Shown: positions 38,877 to 49,731 of the stretch, in pieces
Layout of the letters: the number at the start of each line of letters is the position of its first letter
How positions within the stretch are numbered: position 1 is the stretch's first letter
Origin: an uncultured Caldilineales bacterium
GTDB lineage: Bacteria > Chloroflexota > Anaerolineae > J102
NCBI GenBank assembly: GCA_964565065.1
Contig: CAZMDD010000046.1
Span: 5,479 to 69,478, forward strand
Length of the DNA: 64,000 nucleotides
Direction of reading: 5' to 3'
Notes under the pieces: model-generated
The model's input: only the letters and a program-made list of their open reading frames with translations
Database searches by the model: none
What the model was told of the DNA's origin: nothing
Program-made: the position numbers and the translations under genes

Positions 38877-39644
38877 TTAGTTGCCTTTCTCGAACAGCTC
38901 GGCGATAGCCTGGCCGCGCAAGGTTTCCAAATCGTTGTGCCACGATTCCATGAGTTTTTCCAGCGTGGCCAGCAAATCTGCATCCGCGGGAATATCGCCC
39001 GGCAGATAGCGTTGCAGCAGGGCGTAAACCTGCTCTTGCCACAAATCTCCCTGCATGAGCACCTCTTGCAACTGAAATGCAAGAATTTCCAAATCATCTT
39101 TGTGATCTTTACGGGTGGGAAGTTTGGGCTTGCCCGCTGCGGGCCATTGCAAATAGCGCTGGGGGTTGGTGTAGCCGTACCAGCCATCTGTCTTGCTGTA
39201 AGGTTTGATGCGCATACCAAAGTGCAGGTGCGGGCCTGTGCTATTGCCGGTATTGCCCGAAAGTGCAATCACATCCCCCTGGCTCACAGGCTGATGCAGT
39301 ACGACTTTGAATTCGCTGAGATGGGCGTAGAGGCTTTGGCCCCATGCGTGCTGGATTTTGACATAGCGCCCAAAACCCTGAGGGCGCTCTTCGATGCTCA
39401 TAACAAATCCTTCATCCACAGCCAAAATTTCCTGGCCCTCAGGCATGCCCCAATCCAGACCATTGTGGCCCGGCAGCTTGAAGCGGCGATACATGCTGGG
39501 GTTTTCGCCAAAAGCCTGGGTAAGATGAAATTTGCCATCGAAGGGCAGGGGGGTTAGCACGCGGCCCGGTGGTGCGGGGACTTTTTCATCGTTGTCGCCA
39601 TCGTTGATGATTTTGTCGATGAATCGTTTTTTGAGCTCTAGCAT
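38877..39644 (-). CDS. M23 family (LytM-type) metallopeptidase
   Basis: It has HxxxD (LPGHNGLDWG) and HxH (STGPHLHFGMRI) zinc motifs. Confidence 0.7.
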   Translation of the reverse strand: MLELKKRFIDKIINDGDNDEKVPAPPGRVLTPLPFDGKFHLTQAFGENPSMYRRFKLPGHNGLDWGMPEGQEILAVDEGFVMSIEERPQGFGRYVKIQHAWGQSLYAHLSEFKVVLHQPVSQGDVIALSGNTGNSTGPHLHFGMRIKPYSKTDGWYGYTNPQRYLQWPAAGKPKLPTRKDHKDDLEILAFQLQEVLMQGDLWQEQVYALLQRYLPGDIPADADLLATLEKLMESWHNDLETLRGQAIAELFEKGN

Positions 39645-39668
39645 GATTTTTTGGGGGAATGTGGGGGG

Positions 39669-40001
39669 TTAGCGGGCCTCGGGGCACAACGGGCGCAAGA
39701 TGTTCCAGGAGTAGAGGCCCGCGTTGTGGCCATCTTTCCAAAAGAACTGAATGCCGTAGTTGCCCACCAATTGCACGTCGGCCAGCTCGGTGGAAACGCC
39801 GGGCGCAGGGGTTTTGAAAATATCTTCGGGAGGAATGGGCTTGCCCATGTGCTCGTGGCCGCCGCGGCATTCGGCGCAGGGACAAATGTAACGGATGCCG
39901 GGCAGTGGGTACTCGCAGTGGGCACCATCTTCCCAGTCGATAATCAGAAGCTGGTGCGGGCGGTCAACGGTGATGCTGCGGGGTGTGGGGGTTTGGGGCA
40001 T
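39669..40001 (-). CDS. DUF971 (gamma-butyrobetaine hydroxylase-like N-terminal domain) small protein
   Basis: The conserved CPCAECRG.HEH cysteine/histidine cluster is typical of DUF971. The start is the ATG at 40001. Confidence 0.5.
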   Translation of the reverse strand: MPQTPTPRSITVDRPHQLLIIDWEDGAHCEYPLPGIRYICPCAECRGGHEHMGKPIPPEDIFKTPAPGVSTELADVQLVGNYGIQFFWKDGHNAGLYSWNILRPLCPEAR

Positions 40002-40264
40002 GGTTTTTGCAGGGTGAGAAGGCATTACAATCAAAGAACAATGGCAAAATGGTTTTGTTACCGTAAGTATACGCAAAAGCATGGGGTTATGACAAGACCG
40101 CTGCGAGACGTATGGGTTACGGGGGATTATGCTTGGGGTGTGGCATCGAGTCAGCATGCAGGCCAAGAATTTGTGCGGGTGCAGGTTTTTATTTTTTGCC
40201 GCTTTCCAGTAAACTTCTGCTGCTGCGTTTGTTGCGTTATACTTTTGACGCAGCCCCTCAAGCT

Positions 40265-42307
40265 ATGGTTACTTCCAGCATGTTTTCTCCCGGCGACACT
40301 TTCGGCCTGTACCGCATTCAGCGGGAATTGGGTCGTGGTGGCATGGCCATCGTTTATCTGGCTCATCATCAGAGGCTGGATCGTCTGGTCGCGCTTAAAG
40401 TTTTGCACCCGCACTTGCAGCAGGATGCCGAGGTGGTGGCTCGCTTTTTGGGCGAAGCCCGGGCCGCGGCCCGTCTGGAGCATCCCAACATTGTGGCGGT
40501 GTATGATGCCGGTGTCATCGATGGGGTGCATTACATTGCCATGGAGTACGTAGAAGGGGATACCCTGGCCGGGGTGTTGGCTCGGGCCGCGGGCCCGTTG
40601 CCCTTTGATTTTGTGGTGAGTGTGGTCAATCAGGTGGCCGCGGCGTTGGATTATGCACATCGCCGCGGGGTTGTGCATCGCGATATCAAGCCCAGCAACA
40701 TTTTGGTGCAGGAAAGTGGCAAGGTGCGCTTGACCGATTTTGGCATTGCCCAGGCTGTGGGCGCTCCCTCGTCGGGGCATTCTCGCGCGGTGCTGGGTAC
40801 GCCTGAGTATATGTCGCCCGAGCAGGCCATGGGCCAGCAGGTGGATGGCCGCAGTGATGTTTATAGTTTGGGGATTGTCATTTTTCATATGCTCACCGGG
40901 CAAACGCCATTCAGGGGCGATAGCTATCAGAAGATTTTGCGGGCCCACGTGGAGCAGAATTTGCCCGACCCTCGTCTGCTGAATCCTGAGCTGCCTTCGA
41001 CGGTGGTGGATGTGCTATTGCGGGCCACGGCCAAGCATCCTGAACATCGTTATGCCACTGTGGGCGCTTTGGCGCAGGCGCTGGCGCATGTGCTGCAACC
41101 ACCTGCATCTACCGCTGCATCATCCAAAAAGACACCAGCCTGGGTGTTTTTGGCCCTGGGCATTGTGCTGGGATTGGCGGCGCTTGCGCTGGTTGGTTGG
41201 TTGTTGCTACGGGCCCGGGCTGCTGGTGAGCCCACTGCCATACCACCCACAGCCACGCATCCCATAATGGCCACAGCCACGCCCACGGCAACGCCTACAC
41301 CACTGGCCACGCAAACGCCTACCAGCACCGCCACAGTTACATCCACAGCAACACCTACTGCGACGTCTACCACCACACCCACACCCACGCCTACGCCCAA
41401 CTATCCCCCTCGCATTGCCTATGTTTCCGATCGCACCGGCTCGCCGCAGATTTATCTCATTGGCAGCGATGGTGCTAATGATACGCAGTTGACCCACGAT
41501 GGGCGCAACGAGCATCCTTTTTGGGCGGCCAACGGCAGTTTCATCTACTATATCAGCGACCGCGGTCATGGCCCGGCCCTGTGGGTCATGCAGCCCGATG
41601 GTGGCGATAATCACGAAATTCTGAGTGTGCCGGGTAGCGTGGGCTATGCTCTGAGTCCTAATGGCGAGCATGTCACCTATTTGCAGCAGGGCCAGGGCAG
41701 TATTCGTCTCTTTTTGGATGGTTTGGTGTGGGCTGAGCTGCCCGGTGAGCATCTTAGCTATCAGTGGTCGCCCGATAGCCAGCATGTGGTGCTGGAAATC
41801 GATGCCACCAAGATGGTAGGGGTGTTGGATATTGCCAGCTCGGAGATGATGCAAATCACCGAGCCCAGCTATGCGGCCTGGAATCCCAGTTGGGCGCCCG
41901 ATGGACAATCGGTGGTTTTTGCTGCAACCAAAGATGGCAATGCCGGCATTTACATCGCCAACATCTTTACCCGCGAGATGCGCCGTTTGACACCGCTGGA
42001 TACCTGGTCGCAGGCTCCTACCTGGTCGCCCGACGGCAGTTTGGTCACCTACATCACTGGCGAAGGCCAGCACGATGGTTCATGGAGCCTGTTTGGGACG
42101 GATGTGGCCTCGGGACAGCGTGGCAGTCTTTATCATCCTGTTTTTCCGGGTGCAGCCGGTAGTTGGTCCACAGATGGCGAGCATCTGGCTTTTTTGGTGT
42201 ATGATGGCGATGAAGAGGTGATGGTTATCGGGCGGGATGGCTCAGGCCCGTTGCAGCTCACCAATAATAATGCCCGAGACTGGGATCCTGCCTGGGAACC
42301 ACGGTAA
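40265..42307 (+). CDS. Hanks-type Ser/Thr protein kinase with a TM helix, PT linker and a C-terminal TolB/PD40-like beta-propeller
   Basis: Its kinase motifs are GRGGMAIVY, HRDIKPSNILV, DFGIA and SPEQ. PD40-like repeats follow (IAYVSDRTGSPQIYLIGSDG, WSPDGSLVTY). Confidence 0.8.
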   Translation: MVTSSMFSPGDTFGLYRIQRELGRGGMAIVYLAHHQRLDRLVALKVLHPHLQQDAEVVARFLGEARAAARLEHPNIVAVYDAGVIDGVHYIAMEYVEGDTLAGVLARAAGPLPFDFVVSVVNQVAAALDYAHRRGVVHRDIKPSNILVQESGKVRLTDFGIAQAVGAPSSGHSRAVLGTPEYMSPEQAMGQQVDGRSDVYSLGIVIFHMLTGQTPFRGDSYQKILRAHVEQNLPDPRLLNPELPSTVVDVLLRATAKHPEHRYATVGALAQALAHVLQPPASTAASSKKTPAWVFLALGIVLGLAALALVGWLLLRARAAGEPTAIPPTATHPIMATATPTATPTPLATQTPTSTATVTSTATPTATSTTTPTPTPTPNYPPRIAYVSDRTGSPQIYLIGSDGANDTQLTHDGRNEHPFWAANGSFIYYISDRGHGPALWVMQPDGGDNHEILSVPGSVGYALSPNGEHVTYLQQGQGSIRLFLDGLVWAELPGEHLSYQWSPDSQHVVLEIDATKMVGVLDIASSEMMQITEPSYAAWNPSWAPDGQSVVFAATKDGNAGIYIANIFTREMRRLTPLDTWSQAPTWSPDGSLVTYITGEGQHDGSWSLFGTDVASGQRGSLYHPVFPGAAGSWSTDGEHLAFLVYDGDEEVMVIGRDGSGPLQLTNNNARDWDPAWEPR

Positions 42308-42351
42308 AGGTTGAAGAGCGGGTCATTGGAATAGTCTTTGTGAATTTCAAC

Positions 42352-42494
42352 GTAACGACTAACGTACCCGACTTCAATCACCACAAAGGCGCAAAGACAC
42401 GAAGAACACCAAGCATTTCAAAGCTTTTTCTTTTCTTCGTGCCTTTGTGGCTTCGTGTCTTCGTGGTTTCTAGCCGGGCTACCTTAGTCGTAAC
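42352..42494 (+). mobile_element. MITE copy 6 with a perfect 8-bp target-site duplication (ATTTCAAC)
   Basis: The terminal inverted repeats are GTAACGACTAA...TTAGTCGTAAC. ATTTCAAC sits at 42344-42351 and 42495-42502. Confidence 0.8.
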
Positions 42495-42606
42495 ATTTCA
42501 ACTAAGTAAGCGCGAAGAAGTTATTAAGGCACCAAGACACGAAGAAAAATCTGTGGCATCTGTGGTTGCCATCTTCGCCATTGGTGGAGATACGCAGCTA
42601 CTTAAT

Positions 42607-43596
42607 CTACTCGAAGCCGTGGGGATGGCTGCTGTGCCATTGCCAATCGGTTTCGATGATTTCGCGCAGGCCGTATTGCGGTTGCCAGCCCAAAATATCT
42701 CGGGCCCGCGAGTTGTCGGCCCAGATGCGCACCGGGTCGCCCGCGCGGCGCGGGCCCATCTCAATCTCAAAGTCCAGACCTGAAACGTCACGCACCATGT
42801 TGATGATTTCCAGCACACTGGTTCCTGTACCCGTTCCCAGATTAAAGGGCATGCTTTCGCCTCCCTGCCACAGGTAGTTCAGGGCCGCGATATGCGCGGT
42901 GGCCAGGTCATCCACATGAATGTAGTCACGGATGACGGTTCCGTCGGGCGTGGGATAATCATCGCCATTGACAAAGAAACGCTCACGCTGTCCCAACAAA
43001 AATTCCATAAGGATGGGAATCAGGCGGCTGGCAGGCTTGTATGCGTCGCCGATACGGGCATCGAAGCTGGAGCCAGATGCGTTGAAATAGCGCAGCGGTG
43101 TGAATTTGATGCCTTTGCTTTGTTCATACCAGGCCATGACCTGCTCGGCCAGATGCTTGGATGCGCCATAGATGCTTTCTGGCTTGTAGCTTTCGTTTTC
43201 GGTCACGGGCACATTTTCGGGCGTGCCATAAACTGCGCAGGTAGATGAAAAGACCAGTGATTGTACGCCCGCCTTGCTCATGGCCTCCAGCAGGTTGACA
43301 CTGCCCTGGATGTTGTTATGGAAGTATTTGCCCGGATGGCTCATGCTCTCTCCGACTTCTACGTACGCGGCAAAATGAATCACGCCGGCGATGTCAGGGT
43401 GCTGATGAAAAACAGCTTCGATTTCGGCTGGATGGAGCAAATCACCCACGATGAGAGGGGCATTTTCGATAGCCTGGGCGTGGCCTTTGCTGAGATTATC
43501 AAAAACCACGACCTGGTAGCCCTGGCGTTGAAGTTCGCGAACGGTGTGGCTGCCAATGTAGCCAGCGCCACCGGCCACAAGAATTTTCTGGGGCAT
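42607..43596 (-). CDS. galE: UDP-glucose 4-epimerase
   Basis: Its N-terminus is MPQKILVAGGAGYIGSHTV, and it has the YxxxK active site and GalE-like length (329 aa). Confidence 0.9.
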   Translation of the reverse strand: MPQKILVAGGAGYIGSHTVRELQRQGYQVVVFDNLSKGHAQAIENAPLIVGDLLHPAEIEAVFHQHPDIAGVIHFAAYVEVGESMSHPGKYFHNNIQGSVNLLEAMSKAGVQSLVFSSTCAVYGTPENVPVTENESYKPESIYGASKHLAEQVMAWYEQSKGIKFTPLRYFNASGSSFDARIGDAYKPASRLIPILMEFLLGQRERFFVNGDDYPTPDGTVIRDYIHVDDLATAHIAALNYLWQGGESMPFNLGTGTGTSVLEIINMVRDVSGLDFEIEMGPRRAGDPVRIWADNSRARDILGWQPQYGLREIIETDWQWHSSHPHGFE

Positions 43597-43721
43597 TAGA
43601 AACTCCTCTTTTGAGAATGGGATACGGTTAGATGCTCACTGCGCGACTTTTATGGCGTATCAGCGGGCTTATGGATGATGGTATGCTGCTCATGCGGGCG
43701 CATGATGTGCGGGCGGGCGAA

Positions 43722-45062
43722 TCAGGGGCCGGCTACCTGCCCCACCAAATCATAGTCCAGGGCATCCACAATGTTAACTTCCAGCATCTGGCCCAGGGGC
43801 AAGCGCCCGGGCAGGATGACGTAACCATCTACTTCCGGGGCATCGCGATAGGTGCGGGCCAGGGTGCTGTTCTGCTGGTGCGATTCTGTCAGGGCCATCA
43901 GCTTGCGCCCAATCTGCGCTTGATTACGGGCCAACGAGATGGATTGCTGCAAGGCCATGACCTGATGCCAACGTTCTTCCTGAAGTTCGGGAGGAATTTG
44001 GTGGGGCAGCGCTGCCGCGGGCGTGCCCGGTTCTGGACTGAATTTAAAAACGCCCACTTTGTCGAAGTTGATTTCAGCAATAAAATCCAGCAGGCTTTGG
44101 AATTCGGTCTCGGTTTCGCCGGGGTAGCCCACGATGAAGGTGGAGCGCAAGGCGATGTCGGGCATGGCCGCGCGCAGTTTGGCGATGGTTTGCAACACTT
44201 TTTGGATGTTGCTGGGGCGTTTCATGCGGCGCAGCGTGGCAGGATGCCCATGTTGCAAGGGAATATCCAGGTAGTGCAAAAGTTGCGGTGTTTCTGCCAT
44301 CACCTGGATGAGTTCATCGGTGATGCGCCCGGGATAGGCGTACATAAGCCGCAGCCAGGCTAATCCGGGGGTGCGGCGGGCCACGGCGTTGAGCAGGCGA
44401 GCCAGGCTGTTGGTTTCGCCACGGTCGCGGCCGTAGTCGGTGGTGTCTTGGGCAACCACGACCAATTCCCGGGCACCAGCTTTGACCAGATGTTCCGCCT
44501 CGACCAAAATGTTTTCAAAGGTATGAGAACGCAGTTTGCCCTTGAAGCTGGGAATGGTGCAAAAGGCGCAAGAGGCATTGCAGCCATCGCTGATTTTCAG
44601 GTAGGCCGATGCAAAGAGCTGGGGCGGGCGGGGTGTGGGCGCATGCCTGAGCTGTTCAGGTTCGCCCAGCAGTTTCATTTTTTGGAGCGGGCGCTGTTTT
44701 TTGCCGTGGCGCAAGGTTTCGGTCAGTGGAATTATCTCGGGCCAGCGCAATGTGCCCAGCAGCGCATCTACCTGCGGCACTGCCGCCAGAATTTTTTGCC
44801 CGTCACGTTCAGCCATGCACCCCGCAGCCACTAGGATTTGTCGTTTTTTCTTGTGCGAAGCCAGTTCTTGCAGCACAGCCACACTCTCTTGTTGTGCTGC
44901 CTGCAAAAAACCGCAGGTGTTTACTACCAGCACATCGGCCTGGCGGGCGTCAGTCACTGCCCGATAGCCTTTTTGCATGAGCAGCGTGGCCATGGCTTCG
45001 CTATCTACCTGGTTTTTGGGACACCCCAGGGTCAAAATGTAATAAGCAGGTGCTTTTTTCAT
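43722..45062 (-). CDS. rimO: Ribosomal protein S12 methylthiotransferase (radical SAM, MiaB-like)
   Basis: It has an MTTase N-terminal domain (YILTLGCPKNQVDSE), a radical SAM CxxxCxxC motif (CNASCAFC) and a TRAM domain. The assignment to RimO rather than MiaB is by length and domain pattern. Confidence 0.75.
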   Translation of the reverse strand: MKKAPAYYILTLGCPKNQVDSEAMATLLMQKGYRAVTDARQADVLVVNTCGFLQAAQQESVAVLQELASHKKKRQILVAAGCMAERDGQKILAAVPQVDALLGTLRWPEIIPLTETLRHGKKQRPLQKMKLLGEPEQLRHAPTPRPPQLFASAYLKISDGCNASCAFCTIPSFKGKLRSHTFENILVEAEHLVKAGARELVVVAQDTTDYGRDRGETNSLARLLNAVARRTPGLAWLRLMYAYPGRITDELIQVMAETPQLLHYLDIPLQHGHPATLRRMKRPSNIQKVLQTIAKLRAAMPDIALRSTFIVGYPGETETEFQSLLDFIAEINFDKVGVFKFSPEPGTPAAALPHQIPPELQEERWHQVMALQQSISLARNQAQIGRKLMALTESHQQNSTLARTYRDAPEVDGYVILPGRLPLGQMLEVNIVDALDYDLVGQVAGP

Positions 45063-46006
45063 CAGCCGGGGATGGGCGTGGCTGTTGGTTCCGGGGTAGG
45101 CGTGGCGGTAGGTAGGGGGGTGGGTGTGATTTCGATAATTTCTTTATCCTTGATTGTCCAGACAAAGACCGAGATTTCGCCAACCTCGCCCAATTTGGGC
45201 AAAACCTCGCCATTAAGTTCCAATTGCATGCCCCCTGCGTTACCGGTCAGGAATTCCATTCGCTTTTTGGCAGAAAAATGCTGCTCATAGCCCGGGTCTT
45301 GCAACGATTCCACCAGGACTTCGCCATCGGCCACCACCCGCACCCAGGCGGTTTGTGTTGCACGCACCGTTAGCTGGATGATGTTGGTGCTGGCGGGCGT
45401 GGGGCTGGGCTGCGTGGTTGGCGTGGGTGTTGGTGTGGCTGTTGGCTCGGGCGCTGATGTCGAGGTTTGGGTCGGCAAAGCTGGCACGGCGGTATTGGTG
45501 GCTGCGATAACAGGTGCTTTGGCCTTGCCTTCCGGGGGCAGCTCAACGGCAACAGTGGCAGTGATGATGTCTTTTTCGATGAGGGCCGTTTGCAAATAGG
45601 GCAGCCCATATTGATAGAACAGGTAGCCCGCCACGAGCAAAGGGATGAGGATGAGCGCCAGGCGCAGGGCCCGTTTTTGCCACCGGGAACGCTTGGCTGA
45701 GCCATAATAAATATCTAAATTGATGGGACGATAGTCGGAATTGGGTGTTGCTGATGGACTGGTGCCAGCATTGTCGTTTAGAACTTCCTGGGTTTTGGCA
45801 GCAATCTCGTCGCTATCCAGTCCCAAAAAGGTGGCGTAAGTGCGCAAAAAACCGCGCGCGGCCACCGGGCTTGGCAGATCGTCCCAATCGCCAGACTCCA
45901 ACGCACTAAGATAACGTTGGCGGATGCGGGTTTTGGCCTCGACATCTTCCAGCGACAGCTCTTTGGCTTCGCGGGCCTGACGCAGGAGTTGTCCTGTTTC
46001 TACCAT
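45062..46006 (-). CDS. RodZ-like cytoskeletal protein (HTH_25 + TM + PT linker + DUF4115)
   Basis: It has an N-terminal XRE-type helix-turn-helix (LSLEDVEAKTRIRQRYLSALESGDW), a TM helix and a C-terminal DUF4115-like domain. The start is the ATG at 46006. Confidence 0.65.
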   Translation of the reverse strand: MVETGQLLRQAREAKELSLEDVEAKTRIRQRYLSALESGDWDDLPSPVAARGFLRTYATFLGLDSDEIAAKTQEVLNDNAGTSPSATPNSDYRPINLDIYYGSAKRSRWQKRALRLALILIPLLVAGYLFYQYGLPYLQTALIEKDIITATVAVELPPEGKAKAPVIAATNTAVPALPTQTSTSAPEPTATPTPTPTTQPSPTPASTNIIQLTVRATQTAWVRVVADGEVLVESLQDPGYEQHFSAKKRMEFLTGNAGGMQLELNGEVLPKLGEVGEISVFVWTIKDKEIIEITPTPLPTATPTPEPTATPIPG

Positions 46007-46288
46007 GGTTATTGTGATCCTGTTTTTGTAAATAGAGGGCCTCACGCAAAATAGCAAAGCGCGAGGAGTGTTTTTGTGCTATTGTGTCTTCGTTTTCTTC
46101 GAGGCTAATCAGGGAACGTGAATCGTTACGAAAAATGCTCCTTTTTGGCCTATAACCCTTTGATTATGCTGTGCAAGTGGAAAATTGTCAAAGTTGCAGA
46201 AGATGCCAAGGGGTAAAATCACCTATTTTCATCGTAGCGTAGGGGAAACATTTGGCAAACGTCAGGTTTTCGTGGAAAATAGAATCTA

Positions 46289-47004
46289 TGACGACGCAAC
46301 GCCTGAAAAAGCTTCATTTATGGATCAAACGCCTGTTGCTGGTGGTGCTGGTGGCGTGGCTGGCGTTGCTGGTAGTGTATCTTTATCAGGGAGGCTGGGA
46401 AAGACTGCACACATCTCGCACACTGGCCCGCTTCTTCCCTTCCGACTACTTCCAGGGCCCGCAGGTCGCGATCATTTCGGGCCACCGGGGATTTGATTCG
46501 GGCGCGGTGTGCGAAGATGGCTTGATGGAGGTGGTCATCAATGAAGCTATCGCCACCCGGGTGGTTCAGCGCTTGCAGGATGAAGGGGTGGCCGCGGCAC
46601 TATTCGATGAATATGATGTGCGCCTGGAAGGACTTCATGCCCGGGCCTTGCTTTCTATTCATGCCGATTCCTGCATTGCGCACAGCGGCTATAAAATTGC
46701 CAGCGCCCAACAAAGCATCATCCCCGAGCTGGATAAACAATTGGTAACGTGCTTGCGGCAATCGTATGGCGAGGCCACAGGTCTGGTTTTTCAGGCCAGC
46801 GCCATTACCACCGATATGACGCAATATCATGCTTTTCAGCGGGTCGCCGATGACACGCCCGGCGCTATCATCGAAACAGGTTATTTGGGCGGCGATAAAG
46901 ACTTGCTGCAACAGGAGCCCGATAAATTGGCAGATGCCATTGCTGCGGGTATCATCTGCTTTCTCGATCAGACCGCACCACAGGATGCCGTCGACTCGCG
47001 TTGA
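46289..47004 (+). CDS. N-acetylmuramoyl-L-alanine amidase (Amidase_3 family), membrane anchored
   Basis: It has a TM helix followed by GHRGFDSGAV and SIHAD motifs. Confidence 0.7.
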
Positions 47005-47114
47005 CAGTTGGGGATTGGGCGCATGATGCCAACGCACACGGGGGCATCATGCGCGGGCGTAGCGTGGCGCGCCTGACTCGTGCATTTTTCTTGCTGCTCT
47101 GGCTCTGTGCTACA

Positions 47115-48245
47115 ATGAACACCCTTGATTTTTGTAACGGTTCACGTTCAGCATTTTTATTACCGGATTTTATCGTGACTTATCTTTCAGCCATCGGAGC
47201 GTTTCTCCGGCGCAATGTTGTCAAAAAGCTACTCATCTGGCTCGGAGTCGGCGTAAGCGCACTTTTTCTTTACTCGGCCCTGAGCGGCTTGCAGCTTCCC
47301 ATGGTTTGGGAGGCAATCAAGCAGGCGAATTATTGGTGGGTGTTGCCAGGGGTGGCCATCTATTTTGTGGGTGTATGGATTCGCACCTGGCGTTGGCATT
47401 ACATGCTGCGGCAATTCAAACCTGTGCCGGTGGGCCGTTTGTTTCCGGTGGTGTGCATTGGCTACGCCGGCAATAACATCTATCCGGCTCGGGCGGGTGA
47501 GGTCATACGCTCTTATGTCCTCAAAAAAAAGGAAGCCATTCCCATCAGCGGGAGTTTGGCCACCGTGCTCATCGAGCGCATTTTCGATGGCTTGGTTATG
47601 TTGCTCTTTGTCTTTTTGGCCCTACCCTTCACCTCGGGCATTCCACAGCAATATCGCAGCTTTGTGGTGATGCTCAGCGCTGTTTTTGGCGTGGCACTGA
47701 TTCTTTTCATTGCTATTGCCATTCGTCCGCAGTGGGTGACTCGGCTTTACACGCCCGTGGCCAACAAACTTATTCCCGCCCGTTTTCGCGCCAAAACCGA
47801 TGATATTGTTGAGCGCTTTTTATTTGGATTGGCCTCGTTACAAAGTCCCAAAGATGTGTTGATGATGTTCTTCACCACCATCCTCATCTGGCTGGCCGAG
47901 ACCATGAAATACTGGTTTGTGATGCACGCTTTCGATTTCAGCGTCTCATTCATCACCCTCATGCTTATGAATGGCATTGTGAATCTGTTTACCACGCTCC
48001 CATCAGCGCCAGGCTATATTGGCACGTTTGATGCGCCCGGCATCAAGGTGCTGGTAGATGTGGGAGCTGTGGGGGCAACCCTGGCCGCAGCCTACACGCT
48101 GGTGCTTCATGCTGCGTTGTGGCTGCCTATCACCCTTTTAGGCATCTACTACTTCTTCCACGAGCGTCTGCGCTGGTCCGATTTTGAAAAAGCCACCGCG
48201 GCCGTCCAACAAGAAAAGAAAAACGAGAGGTTTGAAAACGTATGA
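47115..48245 (+). CDS. Lysylphosphatidylglycerol-synthase-TM-region / flippase-like (UPF0104) membrane protein
   Basis: An eight-TM protein with an N-terminal [17 protein letters not shown] pattern. The start is uncertain (ATG at 47115 or further downstream). It is translationally coupled to ugd through an ATGA overlap. Confidence 0.5.
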   Translation: MNTLDFCNGSRSAFLLPDFIVTYLSAIGAFLRRNVVKKLLIWLGVGVSALFLYSALSGLQLPMVWEAIKQANYWWVLPGVAIYFVGVWIRTWRWHYMLRQFKPVPVGRLFPVVCIGYAGNNIYPARAGEVIRSYVLKKKEAIPISGSLATVLIERIFDGLVMLLFVFLALPFTSGIPQQYRSFVVMLSAVFGVALILFIAIAIRPQWVTRLYTPVANKLIPARFRAKTDDIVERFLFGLASLQSPKDVLMMFFTTILIWLAETMKYWFVMHAFDFSVSFITLMLMNGIVNLFTTLPSAPGYIGTFDAPGIKVLVDVGAVGATLAAAYTLVLHAALWLPITLLGIYYFFHERLRWSDFEKATAAVQQEKKNERFENV

Positions 48246-49555
48246 AAAACATCACTGTCATTGGTGCGGGCTATGTGGGCCTGGTCACCGGCTCCAGCTT
48301 TGCAGACTTGGGCAACAATGTCACCCTGCTGGACATCATCGAGGAAAAAATTCAACGCCTGCGCCAGGGAGACATTCCCATCTACGAGCCGGGCCTTTCG
48401 GAGATGGTGGTGCGCAACGTGGCCAAAGGAAGGCTGCATTTTACCACCAGCTACGCTGAGGCGCTCAAAGATGCAGAGTTCGTGTTTGTGGCGGTGGGAA
48501 CCCCCTCGGGCGTGGATGGCGAGGCTGATTTGCGTTATGTGCGCATGGCCGCAGAAAGTATCGCCGAACACATGCACCAACCTCTCATCATCATCAACAA
48601 ATCGACTGTTCCTGTGGGCACGGGCGATTGGGTGGCCGATATCATCACCAAAAAACAACAGGAACCTATCCCCTTTTGGGTGGTTTCCAACCCCGAATTC
48701 CTGCGCGAAGGCTCTGCTATCAGCGATTTTATGAACCCTGACCGGGTGGTGCTGGGCTCGCAGCATGCCGAGGCTGCGCAAAAAGTGGCAGCTTTGCATC
48801 GCCCGCTGAATACCACGGTGCTTATCACCGACTTGCGCACCGCCGAGATGATCAAATACGCGTCCAATGCCTTTCTGGCGACCCGCATCAGCTTTATCAA
48901 CGAAATCGCTACCATCTGCGAAGAGTTGGGGGCAGATGTGAACATGGTGGCCAAAGGCATGGGCTACGACAAGCGCATCGGGCCCCACTTTCTCAACGCG
49001 GGCCTCGGTTTTGGCGGCTCCTGCTTCCCCAAGGATGTGCAGGCACTGGAGCACATGGCTCTGATTCATGGCGCACATCCGCAATTGCTGCGCGCGGTGC
49101 TGGATATCAATCAGCACATGCGGCGGCAGGTGGTAGTCAAGCTGCGCAATGCGCTGGATGGTCTGGGCGAACGCACAATCGGATTGTTGGGCCTGGCTTT
49201 CAAGCCCAATACCGATGATTTACGAGAAGCGCCTTCGCTGGACATCGCTCGTCAGATTTTACGTGAAGGTGGCCATGTGCAGGCTTATGATCCTGTGGCC
49301 ATGAACGAAGCCTGCAAACTGGTCGATGGGCTGCATCTGGTTGAAGACCCATACGAAGTCGCACAGGGGGCCGATGCTCTGGTGATGGTCACAGAATGGA
49401 ACGAATTCCGGCAATTGGACATGGTTCGTATTCGTGAGGCCATGCGCGGCTCGGTGCTGCTGGATGGCCGCAATGTGTGGAATCCTGATGAAATGCGAGA
49501 GCTTGGTTTTCGGTATTTTGGCGTCGGGCGTGGCGTCAAGAAGAATGGCTGGTAA
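48242..49555 (+). CDS. ugd: UDP-glucose 6-dehydrogenase
   Basis: It has an N-terminal Rossmann fold ([14 protein letters not shown]), the catalytic Cys context [10 protein letters not shown] and the UDPG/GDP-mannose dehydrogenase C-terminal domain. Confidence 0.85.
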   Translation: MKNITVIGAGYVGLVTGSSFADLGNNVTLLDIIEEKIQRLRQGDIPIYEPGLSEMVVRNVAKGRLHFTTSYAEALKDAEFVFVAVGTPSGVDGEADLRYVRMAAESIAEHMHQPLIIINKSTVPVGTGDWVADIITKKQQEPIPFWVVSNPEFLREGSAISDFMNPDRVVLGSQHAEAAQKVAALHRPLNTTVLITDLRTAEMIKYASNAFLATRISFINEIATICEELGADVNMVAKGMGYDKRIGPHFLNAGLGFGGSCFPKDVQALEHMALIHGAHPQLLRAVLDINQHMRRQVVVKLRNALDGLGERTIGLLGLAFKPNTDDLREAPSLDIARQILREGGHVQAYDPVAMNEACKLVDGLHLVEDPYEVAQGADALVMVTEWNEFRQLDMVRIREAMRGSVLLDGRNVWNPDEMRELGFRYFGVGRGVKKNGW

Positions 49556-49558
49556 AAC

Positions 49559-49655
49559 GTAACGACTAACGTACCCGACTTCAATCACCACAAAGGTACA
49601 ACGACACTAAGAACAGCAAGCATTTCAAAAACTTTTTCTTTCTTGGTGCCTTTGT
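49559..49655 (+). mobile_element. MITE copy 7 (5' two-thirds only, degenerate and truncated at the right end)
   Basis: The left end GTAACGACTAACGTACCCGACTTCAATCACCACAAAGG is intact, starting 3 nt after the ugd stop. The similarity decays after about 95 bp. Confidence 0.55.
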
Positions 49656-49731
49656 GCGCTTGGTGGTACACTCTGGATAACGATGAATTGTTATATTTCA
49701 ATTTTCATAGCATCACCTACTAAAGCTGCTG

